64,000 nt of DNA, from contig OZ316893.1 of the NCBI GenBank assembly GCA_973895155.1, forward strand, positions 25,904,798 through 25,968,797, given 5' to 3'. A program made the position numbers and the translations under genes. Origin of the DNA: Marsupella aquatica (Eukaryota; Plantae; Marchantiophyta). The notes beneath the pieces were generated by a model. The model did not search any database. It was given only the letters and a program-made list of their open reading frames with translations, and had not been told where the DNA came from. Positions 13,143-25,058 of the stretch are shown one piece after another; the stretch's first letter is position 1, and every line of letters starts with the position of its first letter.

Positions 13143-16100
13143 CATTTAAAGTCTTCATTAAAAATGCAATTGCAAGGCAGTATTTCTGCTTTCTCCCACA
13201 TGGTTTCATCTGGTCTGGGTCCCTTGAATGATGATCGAGATCGGACCTGTGCTGTAGCGGTGTTGATCTCCAGTGGGCATCGAAGGGAGCAATGATCTCC
13301 AGCGTTGATGATTGATATATTTCTCAGATGCAACGATACAAATTATCAGCTGTGTCTGAAAAGAACAGACGAAGCTCCTCTTCATCGTAGATGACAAGCT
13401 TTCGCAGCAATGTATGAAGGAGTCATTGAGGCAAGGAAAGGACGGAGCTATGGTACTGCGTTTTCGACTTAAATCTAGACCCTTCGAATCCATAGGAACT
13501 CATGGGTGGAGTACAGAATTGACCTGAGAGACCCAAACTACAGATAGCTTAGAGCAATCTGGTCAAGAGAGTCCCGGAACTGGAAATCTATGTGCCTTGA
13601 GCTGTATCATTATCTGACACAAGTCAATCCCCATAGTGGCCATTGACTACAAGCCAGTTAGCAAGTCTTGGATGCAGCTCTCTTTTGAGTATCTGCTATT
13701 CCAACTAGGTAGCTTGTACATGCATCCCAAGGTAGGCTCGACCCAACCACACCAAGCTCCTCAGATCCCTGCATACAATACACTCTCCTTTCTGTTATAG
13801 AATCCCCTTCACTTCCTCTCCCATTTCACTCCCTCTTTGATAATTGAAATACTGCAAAGAACTAAAAGTTCCATACCTAAAGAGCCCTCTTACACATAAA
13901 ATACTGCAAAGAACTACAAGTTCCAGACCTAAAGAGATTACAAATCCAATAAACCTAACAAAAAAGTCAGTGAGACCTAAAGAGCCAAAAAACCTAATAG
14001 TCTGAAGACCACGGCCAAAAAATGAGAACTGGAGCCCTATTTAGCAGCAAATTGAGACCACCTTACCTCCCTTTCTTTCCCTTTGTCCCATCCCCTTATA
14101 GCATTCACACGAGTTTGTGTCAGGAAACTTGAGTTCACTTTAGTTAGTTTGACTCTACAATGGTTAGTTAACCCTTGTTTACAATAGGCCACACGAGTTT
14201 GTGTTAATAATTGACTCAAGTTCCCGATTTTAGTTAGTTTGCCTAACTAGGGTTAGGTCACTCTTGTTTATATTAGGATGAGATTCGCTTTGTTAGGATC
14301 ACACATCGTAGCTCCCTTTGGGGGTATAGGGTGGACCCTAAACCCTAAATCTCTTTCATTATTCACATGTACTCTCATATGCTATGGATCATTTAAGAGT
14401 TTCTCAACTCGTGGTGTCTTGTTGGTATAGCGTCTCATCAAATGTCTCTCTCATGTTTTGCATTGCTGACTAGTCTAATATGATAATTTATTACAGTTTG
14501 GGGGGGCAGGGTTTGGATTGGGGAAATTTGAGACAGCCCTGCAGGCCGCCATCTTGATTGACCTTTCTTGCACTGGTGCCTGCCATATAAAAGCCTCACG
14601 GAGCACTAAGGATAAGAGCACGGCTTAGGGGTCCATGGGGAAAATGAGCAGTCAACTCAAGATGCAAAAATCTGATGAGTTGGTCCAAGATTGCAGGGCA
14701 AGGAAACATGTTTTGGCTACCTCAAAATCAGCATTTTGGCCTGCACGTGCAAGAATAAGGCAATGTGGGGTGCTGTGGTGCAAAAGGAAAATCCACCACT
14801 TGCCCCCTCGCAGTTCACTGGTCGCAGCCTCTTTGTCCAATTTAATGGCCATAGAAAAGACAGAATAGATCACATGGTCACTCTGCATTCCTGCCTAATC
14901 AAGTACGTTGGCATGGTGATTACTCCCCCCCTTTTGACTAAATTCCTTAATAGGCAATCCCAGTTTTTACATCTTAGCATACATGCATCTTAAGTGCCTG
15001 TGTTTTTTGTAAGTTCAAGACATTTCCTGACATCAATATGGAATGAGGAAAGGGAAAGTTATTGTGTAGTATGCATGACTTCCATTTAAATGAGGATAAC
15101 GTTATGATTGGCATTTTTGTTTTCGGTGGCCCTAGTCTGCGGAGATAAACCCAGCTTCATTCACTAACTACTGAAAGGGAAAAAAATTTAGAGCACTGCC
15201 ACCCTTTGTGGGGATTTCCCGGCCAGCAGCAACTTAAGTGGGAGGTGCTCCCTAGAGCCTTTTTTTTATCCCCATGGGACTGTGGAAAATTTAAACCAGG
15301 GCTCCAGGCCTGCCAAAAGGCACTTCCTGCATTCTAGAATTGGCAAGTCAGGTTGTGCAGTAGTGGCCCTCGCCCTTGCCCAGCCTTGCCAAACTGTGTG
15401 TGGACAACACTGATCATCCAATCGTGTAACTGCATACATTGCTTGTCAATGTTTACCCATGGGTGGGGGGATCAGTTCCAGGTGCCACCCGCCAAAGACA
15501 ACCTCAAATGCCAGCAGCCTCACCATTGACCCCAATAGCGTCTCAAGACTGGGTCATTATTGAAAGTTACACATATGTGGTATATCCCATAACTCCGGTT
15601 ATGAGACCCAATTCTGGAATTTTAAAAATGGAGGTAGCATTGACCCGCCCATTAGGTCGGAGTTACGGCCTCACCTGTCTCATAGCTTGAAATATTTTAT
15701 TCCTCCATTCTTGATCAGCCGCCACCTCAAATGCTGCAGCCATCACTTTGTCAGGCAAAAAGTCCATGTGCCTTCAACTGCTGCTTCTGGTTGGAGTTCT
15801 AGATTTTCGGATTTGTGCCTAAAGTTGTGGGAAAGTTACAGGTTAAGTGTTGAGCCCATAGGGAAGCTGAAGATTGGCTCCCATAACTTTTACTGGAGTT
15901 CTCATAATGCTGAAGTTATAGAAATACCTTATCTTGTTGGCTGAACTTAAAGTTCAGCTTTGTGGTGGGAGCCCAAAATGGCTCCAAACTTTTTTTCTGC
16001 GCATACATTTTCTCCACATACTTTTTCTCCACATATACTCTCTTTACATACGTATAGAGGCACACAAATATACTTTAGTCACAATATACTCATTCTAACA

Positions 16101-16329
16101 CTCTTTAGTTTGTATGGAGTACTCAAGATCAAGACAAATTGGAGTACACATAGTATATTGTATTCAACACAAATAAAAGTACATTGAATGCTCCCACCTC
16201 AATGTAAGTGTGTACTTGATTCTCTCACCATTGGTTCCATTTAATGTCTTTGTCTTTTACTTGTTTGAATTTCTTAGTGATTTTATATGTTTCATTTTGA
16301 GTGAAATGAATCATATTTATTTTCCTTTG

Positions 16330-16485
16330 TGTTATGAGGTAACTAGTCCTAGACCAGACTAGGAGGTTACCTTTATCATGGTTACCTCAAGACACTATAT
16401 ATACACCCGGTTGATCCCCAACCGAGTGATTCATTCATTCAATCTCTCTCCCTCTCCAACTATGTATGAATCCTATATCACAACA
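16330..16485 (+). repeat. 5' LTR (156 bp)
   Basis: TGTTATGAGG...ATCACAACA; one mismatch to the 3' LTR; contains TATATATA. Confidence 0.95.
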
Positions 16486-16497
16486 CGTTATCAGCAC
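16486..16497 (+). other. Primer-binding site complementary to the anticodon arm of tRNA-Ile(IAU) (half-tRNA priming)
   Basis: CGTTATCAGCAC is the reverse complement of GUGCU-I-AU-AACG from the recalled plant cytosolic tRNA-Ile(AAU) anticodon arm; it lacks the TGG start of a 3'-CCA-type PBS. Confidence 0.75.
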
Positions 16498-17599
16498 AAC
16501 TCTAGGAGGCTGAGCACTTGAATTTTTTTTAGGGATTCGACAAGTGACAAAAATTAGACACTTGAGGGAATCCCAAGACAAAATCCCTTCAAGGAAACCT
16601 TCATTTGAGAGTCCATGTCAACCTGGCGTTGGAAATTGATGGAGTACCCTTTGTGAGAAACTGACTCCCAAGAAATTAGAAGAAACAAAATAAGAAGGAG
16701 AGGCTGATCAGACAAAGAGTCCAACCCCTGGATTGACCCTTATGGGATCATTAAAGCTTTAGAGGAATTGATTCTGAAATGCAAGATTGAAAGTACACAG
16801 CATGATTTATGGAAGGAGGAGAAGAAACACTGCAGCGCAAAGTCCATAGAGAAACCAGGATAAAGCTTGGGCTAGAGTCAATCAATCCAATCAAAGAGAC
16901 CTGATTGAATAGAGGCAGAGCACAATCAACAAAATTTCAATCAAGGTGAGATCTGAAAAGGCACCACACCCTATCGAGAATGAATGTTGCATTAGGGCTC
17001 AACAACCGGAGAATGAAAAGGACTGAAGGAAATTTGAGGGATGGAAACCTCATGAGAAGACAACACAGTGATCACGGACGCAGCCGCGAAGCCATGCAAA
17101 AGGGGGAGAATCGATGCACAAGCCCAAAACGGCAAAATTTGGACCAGGCTTTTCGAGAAACCATCGACAAAACTTGATAAGTGCAAAACCCCCATACTTG
17201 CAACTCATTATAAAGAGTATTTTTACTTACAAAAGAATTAGATCACTTAAAGCATCTTTTTCAAAGCTTTTAAATCACTTTAAGATACATGTGTAATCCT
17301 TAACATAAACCTAAATCACAAGCTTACACTCTCATTTTACAAATGTGAATACTGTGCCTTTACACATTACCTACGTACCAATACACATGTTGAGTTTACA
17401 AGCATTTATACACATTGAATACATATAACATGATTGTTACACCATTAATATCACTTTCCACCATAGGGGGAGGAACGCACATTGTACCCACAACTATCTC
17501 CCACCTCCTAATGTCATTTTGGTTCATTCTCCTTCTAGTACCATTTGAACTTATACACCTTCTGGTATCATTTGAACCATAAGATCCAAACGGACTCAG

Positions 17600-18510
17600 A
17601 TAAGGGACTTTCCATGACTAACAAAGGTAAAGGTAGAGATGATTTGATAATGGACAAAGCCCCTAATCTCATCTATACATGAGTTAATGATGAGTTAATA
17701 TGGGCAAAGCCCGTAATCTAACCCCTACATTCTCTTGATCAGTGGGCATTCCTATCGGACCTTACCTATAGATGAGTTCCAAATTTCAGAGATATTCCTC
17801 ACACTCACAATTTCAAGAGAAAATAACATGCATTTTATGCAGATCAATGGGAAGAAACTTCATTGTCTCTAACTTATCTACTCAAAAACTTAAATCAAAC
17901 TCATACACTACAATGGAAAGTATCTCTATACTTGGCCATACACACAGTGATTAAGACCCAAAACCAGAATCTTATACTTTGATTAAAGTTTTATACACTT
18001 TTAGCATGCATGCCTTTACAACTTGTACAGAAGTAAGACCACAAACCTCATCCCTTCGGACCTAGGATCATGTTCACCAGACAAAATGAAAACACTTACT
18101 CTAAGACACTGGACTAGGATAAGGGAATTACAAAACTAACAATGTTAAAGGTATGGTACAGATGTTTGGATTATGGGCAAAGCCCCTAACCTCATCTAGT
18201 CAAGACCCAATGCGGGGTTAATATGGGCAAAGCCCGTAATCTACCTTGATACACTCTTCATTTTTGGGGAACGGAATAACATCGCGGACCAATGACACAT
18301 TCACCTTTGTGTATTACTATTAAACAAATCTCTTAGATTGAAACTAAAATTAAGACAATTTTCATCCCCACACCCAACATAGAATTAATCGGAAAACAAT
18401 ATGAATTAGATGCAGACCAAGGGAAAGAAACTCAATTCTCTCAAAACTTATTTATTGAAGAACTTGAGCCCACCTACACCACAATTGTACGTACAACTAG
18501 TACTTGGAAA
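17600..18510 (+). repeat. Diverged ~520-bp tandem duplication inside the LTR element, with four ATGG(G/A)CAAAGCCC mini-hairpins
   Basis: Motif copies at 17650, 17700, 18173, 18223 (pairs spaced 50 bp); flanking GATAAGGGA..ACTAACAA..AAAGGTA and ATGCAGA.CAA.GG.AAGAAACT are shared. Confidence 0.75.
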
Positions 18511-19783
18511 CTAAACAGAGACAATCCTCATATATCTCTATACGAGGAGCCAAATAGTTTAGGGGGAGCATCTTATCTCCACAAGTTACTCTAACTTCAA
18601 ATCTCCCTACATGGCTATCCCATGTCTCAATAATATTTTGAATCTATTTACATGGCCTGTTACCCCATGTCTTGACACACTTGTCAAACTACCCCATGAT
18701 ATTTGCAGACGTGCAGGCAGACGTGCCACTCACGGGAGACCTAACTTAACCGACACCCTCTAGTGTGATTCTGGTTCATACACCCTCTGGTGTAGCTTGA
18801 GACCTAACACCCTCTGGTGTCAACAACCCTGTGTCCACTAGCACCTCTATGCCTCCTGACACCTTCGTGTCCATCAGCATCACTATACTCTCAAATGAGC
18901 TTATTGCCATAGATTCTCCCATGATAACATTGCCCCATCCTACCCACATATGGGTTTTTTATCTTGACTTTGGGCATTTCTAAATATGATACTTACACCA
19001 TACCAAACTAGGACTTTTACATCATTTTTACAATAATACATGATTAGCATCCGTTGATGCAACATGTCTACTCCACACTTTGGAAAACTCTCATTTAGCA
19101 ATTGGGCTAATTAGCACCTTCGGTATCAATCCAGTGATCTGAAACATATAGGACAATGCCACTGCATCCCCACACAACCCACATTAATTATCTTAATACC
19201 CCCTGGTATTAGATAGCATAAGCCATACTAAAACATGACATGGTTCCTCCAGCTACTAACCAAACTACTAATTATTTGGAACTTAGATTGTTTATTTGAT
19301 GCAAGGCCATACAAGTGACCCAAATTTCAAATGCGAAGAACTAGACAAAGTTTTTCATGAAGGCATTGACCCCTCATGTCCACAGACACCACTGCTATGC
19401 AATTGAACTCCGAAGCTTACACCGCCTGATGACTACTGATTGACACATGATTGACACACACCACCACCGTGGTTCAACTCTCACATCTCACCAAGAGGAC
19501 CAACCGGCTATACTCTTTTTCCTTTAGGGTCATATATTTTATTTTTTCTCTACTACCCTGGTAGAGTTGTTTTTACCTCAATCTAGCACCGCTAAAGGTT
19601 TTAACGAGGTAGTCCACCTCTTTGGTCAATCAAACATACATGTCTATAAGCATGCAAACACTTTTTACTATCACTGAAACTCATCTCGTGCAAGTCTATA
19701 AGCATGGTGATAGATTTTTCTTACCTAGTTCTAGGACTAGTCTAGATTGTCTCCATAACTTCCATTATGTAGCCAAGGGGGAG

Positions 19784-19939
19784 TGTTATGAGGTAACTAG
19801 TCCTAGACCAGACTAGGAGGTTACCTTTACCATGGTTACCTCAAGACACTATATATACACCCGGTTGATCCCCAACCGAGTGATTCATTCATTCAATCTC
19901 TCTCCCTCTCCAACTATGTATGAATCCTATATCACAACA
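19784..19939 (+). repeat. 3' LTR (156 bp)
   Basis: 155/156 identical to the 5' LTR (TTTATCATGG vs TTTACCATGG); preceded by the PPT. Confidence 0.95.
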
Positions 19940-20953
19940 CTTTGGGTGTAATTGGTCCCCTTGAAAAGGTACGACTCTTAAAGGGGTTTCCTTTTTGTTT
20001 AGAAGAATATATGTACATATTTTATTTTATTATTATTTTTGGGTGAATTCGGTCACCTTGAAGATGATTTTTAAAGGGGCTTCCTTTTTGTTTAGAAGAA
20101 ACAATGGGTAAGGAGCATGCCCCATGGTGGTTATCATTATTTTATTTATTTGAGAGTGAAATGGGATAGAGGATCAAGGGTATTTGAAAGAAGGGGAAAA
20201 TAAAAAAACAAAAAGAGACATTTTCTTTCTTTGGCCGATGGAGGGTTACTTTAAGGGGAGGGATAAAAAGGGTTTTAAGAATTTGTTTTCTTTAATTGTT
20301 GAGAGGTTTAAGGGTATTTAAGGGAGAGATTTTCAAACTGGTCTTTGTTTGTTGGTTGAACTTGTATTTTTTTCTTGTAAGAGGGGGTGAACACTAGTTG
20401 AGGGCAATTTTTAACAAAGTAGAAAGATAAAATTACAATTTTTTAACAAAGTAGAAAGATAAAATTAAAATCAAATAATATAGATATTCTTTTGTTCATT
20501 TTCTGAATTTCTACATTTTGAATTGAGTAATTATAAAAAATTGGTTGAGTGTACTTTTAACTGGATTAGGTGTGATACTAATTAGAGTATTAGGTTAGGT
20601 ATGACATTAATGAGGAACCCAAGGCAAGATTAGCATAAAAGGGAGAGTCCTCCCTCATTTTTCTCATTCTCTCCTCTCCACTCCCTCTTCTCTTCTCTTC
20701 TCTTCTCTCTCTTCTCCTTGCTTATTCTTTTGCCTTTTTTTGGCCAAAGCGGCCTCATAGGCATTTGCTAGGGCAAGCGGCGCCATAGCTCGGCCATAGG
20801 CATTGCTTGCAACCTCCCATTTGCTTAGGTGGTCGTGGAGGGGCGCGCTCGATCATTAGGGTCGTTCATAGATAGTTTCTATTGTATTCTTTTGGACTAG
20901 TGCGAGTTTCCTTTAGCCGGTGGTAGCGATGACCTAGTCATTTGCTACAAATC

Positions 20954-21240
20954 CTCGGGGGGTTGACTATCAACAATCTTAGGAACCATGTGCGATCCAA
21001 AATAGGTATTTTTTATATAAATTAGCTAAATTTTTAAAAAGCGTAGGAAACAAAAGAAGGTATTATAAACCTATATTTGTAGAATATTCTATAATATATA
21101 CCTTTTATAAAGTAAAATAGGTCATTAGTATTAAAAATATAGAATATTTTTAGAATATTCCCATTATAAAATAGGTGTGTTTATATTAGGCTAGGATCGC
21201 ATGTGGTACCCCAAAATATACACTAAGTTAACCCCCTGAG
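20954..21240. mobile_element. 287-bp MITE with imperfect TIRs and 8-bp TSD (hAT-like by TSD length)
   Basis: TIRs CTCGGGGGGTTGACT / AGTTAACCCCCTGAG; TSD TACAAATC at 20946-20953 and 21241-21248; absent from the paralogous site at ~23385-23400; AT-rich interior. Confidence 0.85.
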
Positions 21241-21321
21241 TACAAATCCGCCTAAAGTGGCTTAATTTAGTACATTTGGATGCGACTATTTTTTTTGGAG
21301 ATATGTTATGGAGTGCTATTG

Positions 21322-22013
21322 ATGGAGTGTTTTCGATGCATACAATGCTTGTTGAACCGAACACCTGCCCATTTTTGTGATGGTGATGAGAGTACACAAA
21401 ATGTTTGTAGTGATTGTAAGGGATGGACACATAACAGTCTCTTGTGGTGCAAACTAGGGAAACATGAGAAACCAAGGGATGAGTTCCAATTCCCAACGGA
21501 TTCATGCTATGTTTGTGTTGAAGCAGCAAGCCCGGGACGCATGAGAAATGAATATTCCAAACGACGGAGAATACCAATTGTCCCTATCCCAGAGGACATT
21601 GTAGTACAAGATGTAAGAATTGATCATTGTCTGGGGGTCATGATGGATCTCTCACCAGTTTTGGATAGAGTGGGGCATGCAAGAGCAGAACAAAGACGGC
21701 CACCAAGTGTGTCGGTGCAAGTTGAAGATGTACGACTCCGATTGGAATTGATGATATTGAAATTGTAAACAATTTTGGGCAAGAAGGAGTTAGGGCAAGA
21801 GATGAGAGTGTTGAACATGGCAATGTAAGGCACGTTCACATGCCCCATGAAATGGACTCTCCACATATTGCACGTGACCATTGCTCTCCAAGTGCAAGAG
21901 AAGTGATTGGAGGAGAAGAAGAAGCGGGAGAAGAAGTCCCTACTACAAAGAAATGTGCTTATTGTAGACATGTCAAAGCATTGCACGCTTTTGATAATGG
22001 TTGGATAGCTTGT
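21322..22013 (+). pseudogene. Frameshifted, truncated Cys-rich ORF with three CxxC-x3-K/R-x4-F...CxxC-type zinc-finger-like motifs
   Basis: Motifs CIQCLLNRTPAHF..CSDC, WCKLGKHEKPRDEF..CYVC and KKCAYCRHVKALHAF..IAC; ORFs 21280-21768 and 21840- are linked by one frameshift near 21730-21750. Confidence 0.55.
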
Positions 22014-24160
22014 TGGCTGAACTTTCAGTTCAGTTATGTGATGGGGGGCAAAAAAATATTTACAAAGTATTTTCTCCGCATACAATTTTCTCCTCATACA
22101 TATAGAGGCACAAAAATATACTTTGGTCACATTATTTTCACTCACACTAACACTCTTCGGTTTGTATACAGTCCTCAACCATGGGGTATTGGGTGTATAT
22201 TGTATATTGTATTACACACAAATGAAAGTACATTAAATGCTCCCCCCTCAATGTAAGTGTGTACTTGATTCTCTCACCATTTAATGTCTTTGTCTTTTAG
22301 TTATTAGAATTTTTTGTCTTTTAGTTATTAGAATTTCTTAATGCTTTTATGTATCTCCCTTTGGGACCAAAGTCACCTTGAAAAGGTAGAACTCTTAAAG
22401 GGGCTTCCTTTTTGTTTTTGGGTGAAATTGGTCACCTCGAAAAGATTTTTAAAGGGGTTTCTTTCTTGTTTAGAAAAAACCATGAGTAAGGAGCATGCCC
22501 CATGGTTGATCTCATTATTTTATTTTCTTTGAGAATTAAAACAGATAGAGAATCAAGGGTATTTTAAAGAAGGGGAAAATCAAAAAGACAAAAAGAGACA
22601 TTTTTATTTTTTGGCCCGGATGGAGGATTACTTTAAGGGGAGAAATAAAAAGGGTTTAAAGAATCTATTCTTTAATTGTTGAGAGGTTTAAGGGTATTTA
22701 AGGGAGAGATTTTCAAAATGGTCTTTGTTTATATTTTTTCTTGCTAGAGGGGGCAGACACTAGTTGAGTGTATCGAACTAGCTAACCCCTATATTCTATC
22801 TTAGAAGTGGGGAGCGATGGATGGTTTAAGGGTCTTTTAAGGGGAGGAACAAAAAAGACAAAGAATGGAGAGATTTCAGGTTTTATAAATCTTTCCTTTT
22901 TCTTGCAAGAGGGGGGTCAACATCAAAACAAAAAAATGTGCTTTTATTCCTTTTGTAGACTTCTCACTCATTTTTCAACATAGATATACATTTTTATTTG
23001 AGTAATTCTAGAAGAATGGGTGGGTGTGCTTTTAATTAGGTTAGGTATGATATTAATTAGTAGTTAATGAAGTTAGGTGTGACATTAATTAGGAACTTAG
23101 AGATGATTAGCATAAAAGGGAGAGTCTTTCAGTTCATTCTCCTCATTCTCTTCTCTTCTCCTCTCATTGCTTATTCTTTTGCCTTTTTTTTGCCAAAATG
23201 ACCTCATAGGCATTTGCTGGGGCAAGCGGCGCCATAGGCGTTGCTTGCAATCTACCATTTGCCTAGGTGGTCATGGAGGGACACGCTCGATCATTAGGGT
23301 CGTTCATAGATAGTTTTCTATCGTATTCTCTTGGACTAGTGCGAGTTTGTTGTAGCCGGTGGTAGCAATGACCTAGTCATTTGCTACAGACCCGCCTATA
23401 GTCACTTAATCTAGTGCATTTGGATGCAACTCTTTTTTGTTGGAGATATACTTTGGCTTTGTGTTGTCATCGATGGAGTGTTCTTGATGCATACAATGCT
23501 TGTTGCTTGAGAAATATTTTGCCTACGAGCGTGTTCATCCTTTAGATGCTTGTTTGTATATACATCAACGAAAGGTTGACGATGAGAGGAGAAAAATATT
23601 AAATTCTTTATGATTTATTTCAGATTAGGTGGTGGACGATTTAGGGTTAATTTAGGTTAGTCTTTTAGATACATTTAGGTTTTGATACATTTTTTTCTCT
23701 TATCAAATAAAAATTACATGTATGAATTCTATTTCAAACTTATATTATTTTGAGGTATCATATTATAATGAATTATCATTTCCTTGTATTTATTAAAATT
23801 TCTCAAATTTAAATGCAATAACTAATTGGTCACAAATTGTAAAGAGTAGTTCAGCTTTTGTGACCAAACCCCTTTGGTCACGGGCATTTTTAACGTCAGC
23901 CTTGGAAAGGCCCTCATAATAGTGGTTTGCACATAGGGCTATGCATGGGAATTTCTAACCCAAGTTCAGAGCAAGGCCCTCTATGGCTAGACTGTCAAGA
24001 TATGGGTTCCATGGGGTTTTGAGGGTGCTTAGACGGCGATGGAGGGGGCACTTGAGAACGAGCACTCTCAAATGCACCTGAGGACCGATCGAGCTCGATT
24101 AGGGCGATGGCGATGGCGAGGGACAATTCGCTGTGCTGCTGAAGATTGGCCGTGAGAAAA

Positions 24161-24311
24161 GGATGTGGGGAGAAATTGATTTACTGAGGTTGGATTGTGA
24201 AGCTTGTCAATTCGGGAAAAGAGGAGGAGCGATTTGGATGTAGGAGAAATTGATTTGGTGAGGTTGGATTGTGAAAGCTTGTCAATTCGGGAAAAGAGGA
24301 GGAGCGATTTG
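24161..24311. repeat. Two-copy 75-bp tandem repeat in the upstream/leader region of RGTA
   Basis: GGATGT.GGAGAAATTGATTT..TGAGGTTGGATTGTGAAGCTTGTCAATTCGGGAAAAGAGGAGGAGCGATTTG at 24161 and 24236. Confidence 0.9.
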
Positions 24312-25058
24312 CTGCTGATACTCTGCTGGCGATCGATGATGTGTTGCTGCTGCTGCTGCTCTGTGGCACGATTAGAATACTGATTAGAGTCCAGGGCGAT
24401 TGGGCCGATTGGGTCCGGAAGTTTTGGAGGTGAGAGTGGGGAAAGGAGAGTGGGCACTCAGCTCATTCCGTCTTTTGTATAGCTTTTTCGTTCTGTTGAG
24501 AGATCAGGAGTGAGATTGCATTGACGGTTTCGAAAGGAAGTGGATTTCTGGGAAGGATATTGATCGATTGCAAAGGGCAGAGAGTGATCGACTGGGGCAG
24601 AAAGTCGTTTATTGAGAAGTAATTGATTGTTTGAGCCAAAGGATATACCCCGAGTGTGGTCGAATCAGCTGTAGGTGGCAGTCGATTGGATTGAATTGTA
24701 TACCAGACTTCGGAGTGAGAAGATTGTGCCTCGCAGTCGAGTGACGGATTTGTACAGCATCACTCCTAAAGCGAATTGGCCAGTTGCAGTGCTTCTTCTG
24801 CAGAGTATTCGAAGTGAAAGTCAACGCGCCTAGGTCTGATCTCAAGCCTGATTCAGTGTAGCGCTCTTTTTCGTATTTTTCGTTATTCAGTGGCAAGGTT
24901 TCCACAGAGTGGGGTTCCATATTTTCGAACTGCTGATGAGAAAGTGAGAAGTCCATGTTGGGCAATCTCGACGCTTCAGTCCTTCCTGGACCGGATCAGT
25001 TTGCATTTGAATTGCGGTCGTTGTTGCTCATTTCCCCGCCAAGTTCTGTAGAGGAGTA

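Larger units (their letters stand above)
16330..19939 (+). mobile_element. Non-autonomous LTR retrotransposon (Ty1/copia, Bianca-like), 3610 bp
   Basis: TG...CA LTRs at 16330-16485 and 19784-19939; 5-bp TSD CTTTG (16325-16329 and 19940-19944); PBS CGTTATCAGCAC right after the 5' LTR; PPT AAGGGGGAG (19775-19783); no long internal ORF. Confidence 0.95.
15935..23896 (+). mobile_element. Helitron-like non-autonomous element with an internal tandem duplication; 5' boundary uncertain
   Basis: 3' subterminal hairpin GTGACCAAA-CCCC-TTTGGTCAC (23860-23881) followed by GGGCATTTTTAACGT, resembling plant Helitron ends (CACGGG..CTAG|T) although CTAG is not intact. Segment 15935-16329 + 19945-21355 is repeated at 22011-23503. 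Confidence 0.5.

Noticed and set aside
16330-19939. Retrozyme (hammerhead-containing non-autonomous LTR element)
   Set aside because: No CTGATGA...GAAA hammerhead core with flanking helices in the LTRs on either strand; the CTGATGA at ~19426 lacks the rest of the fold
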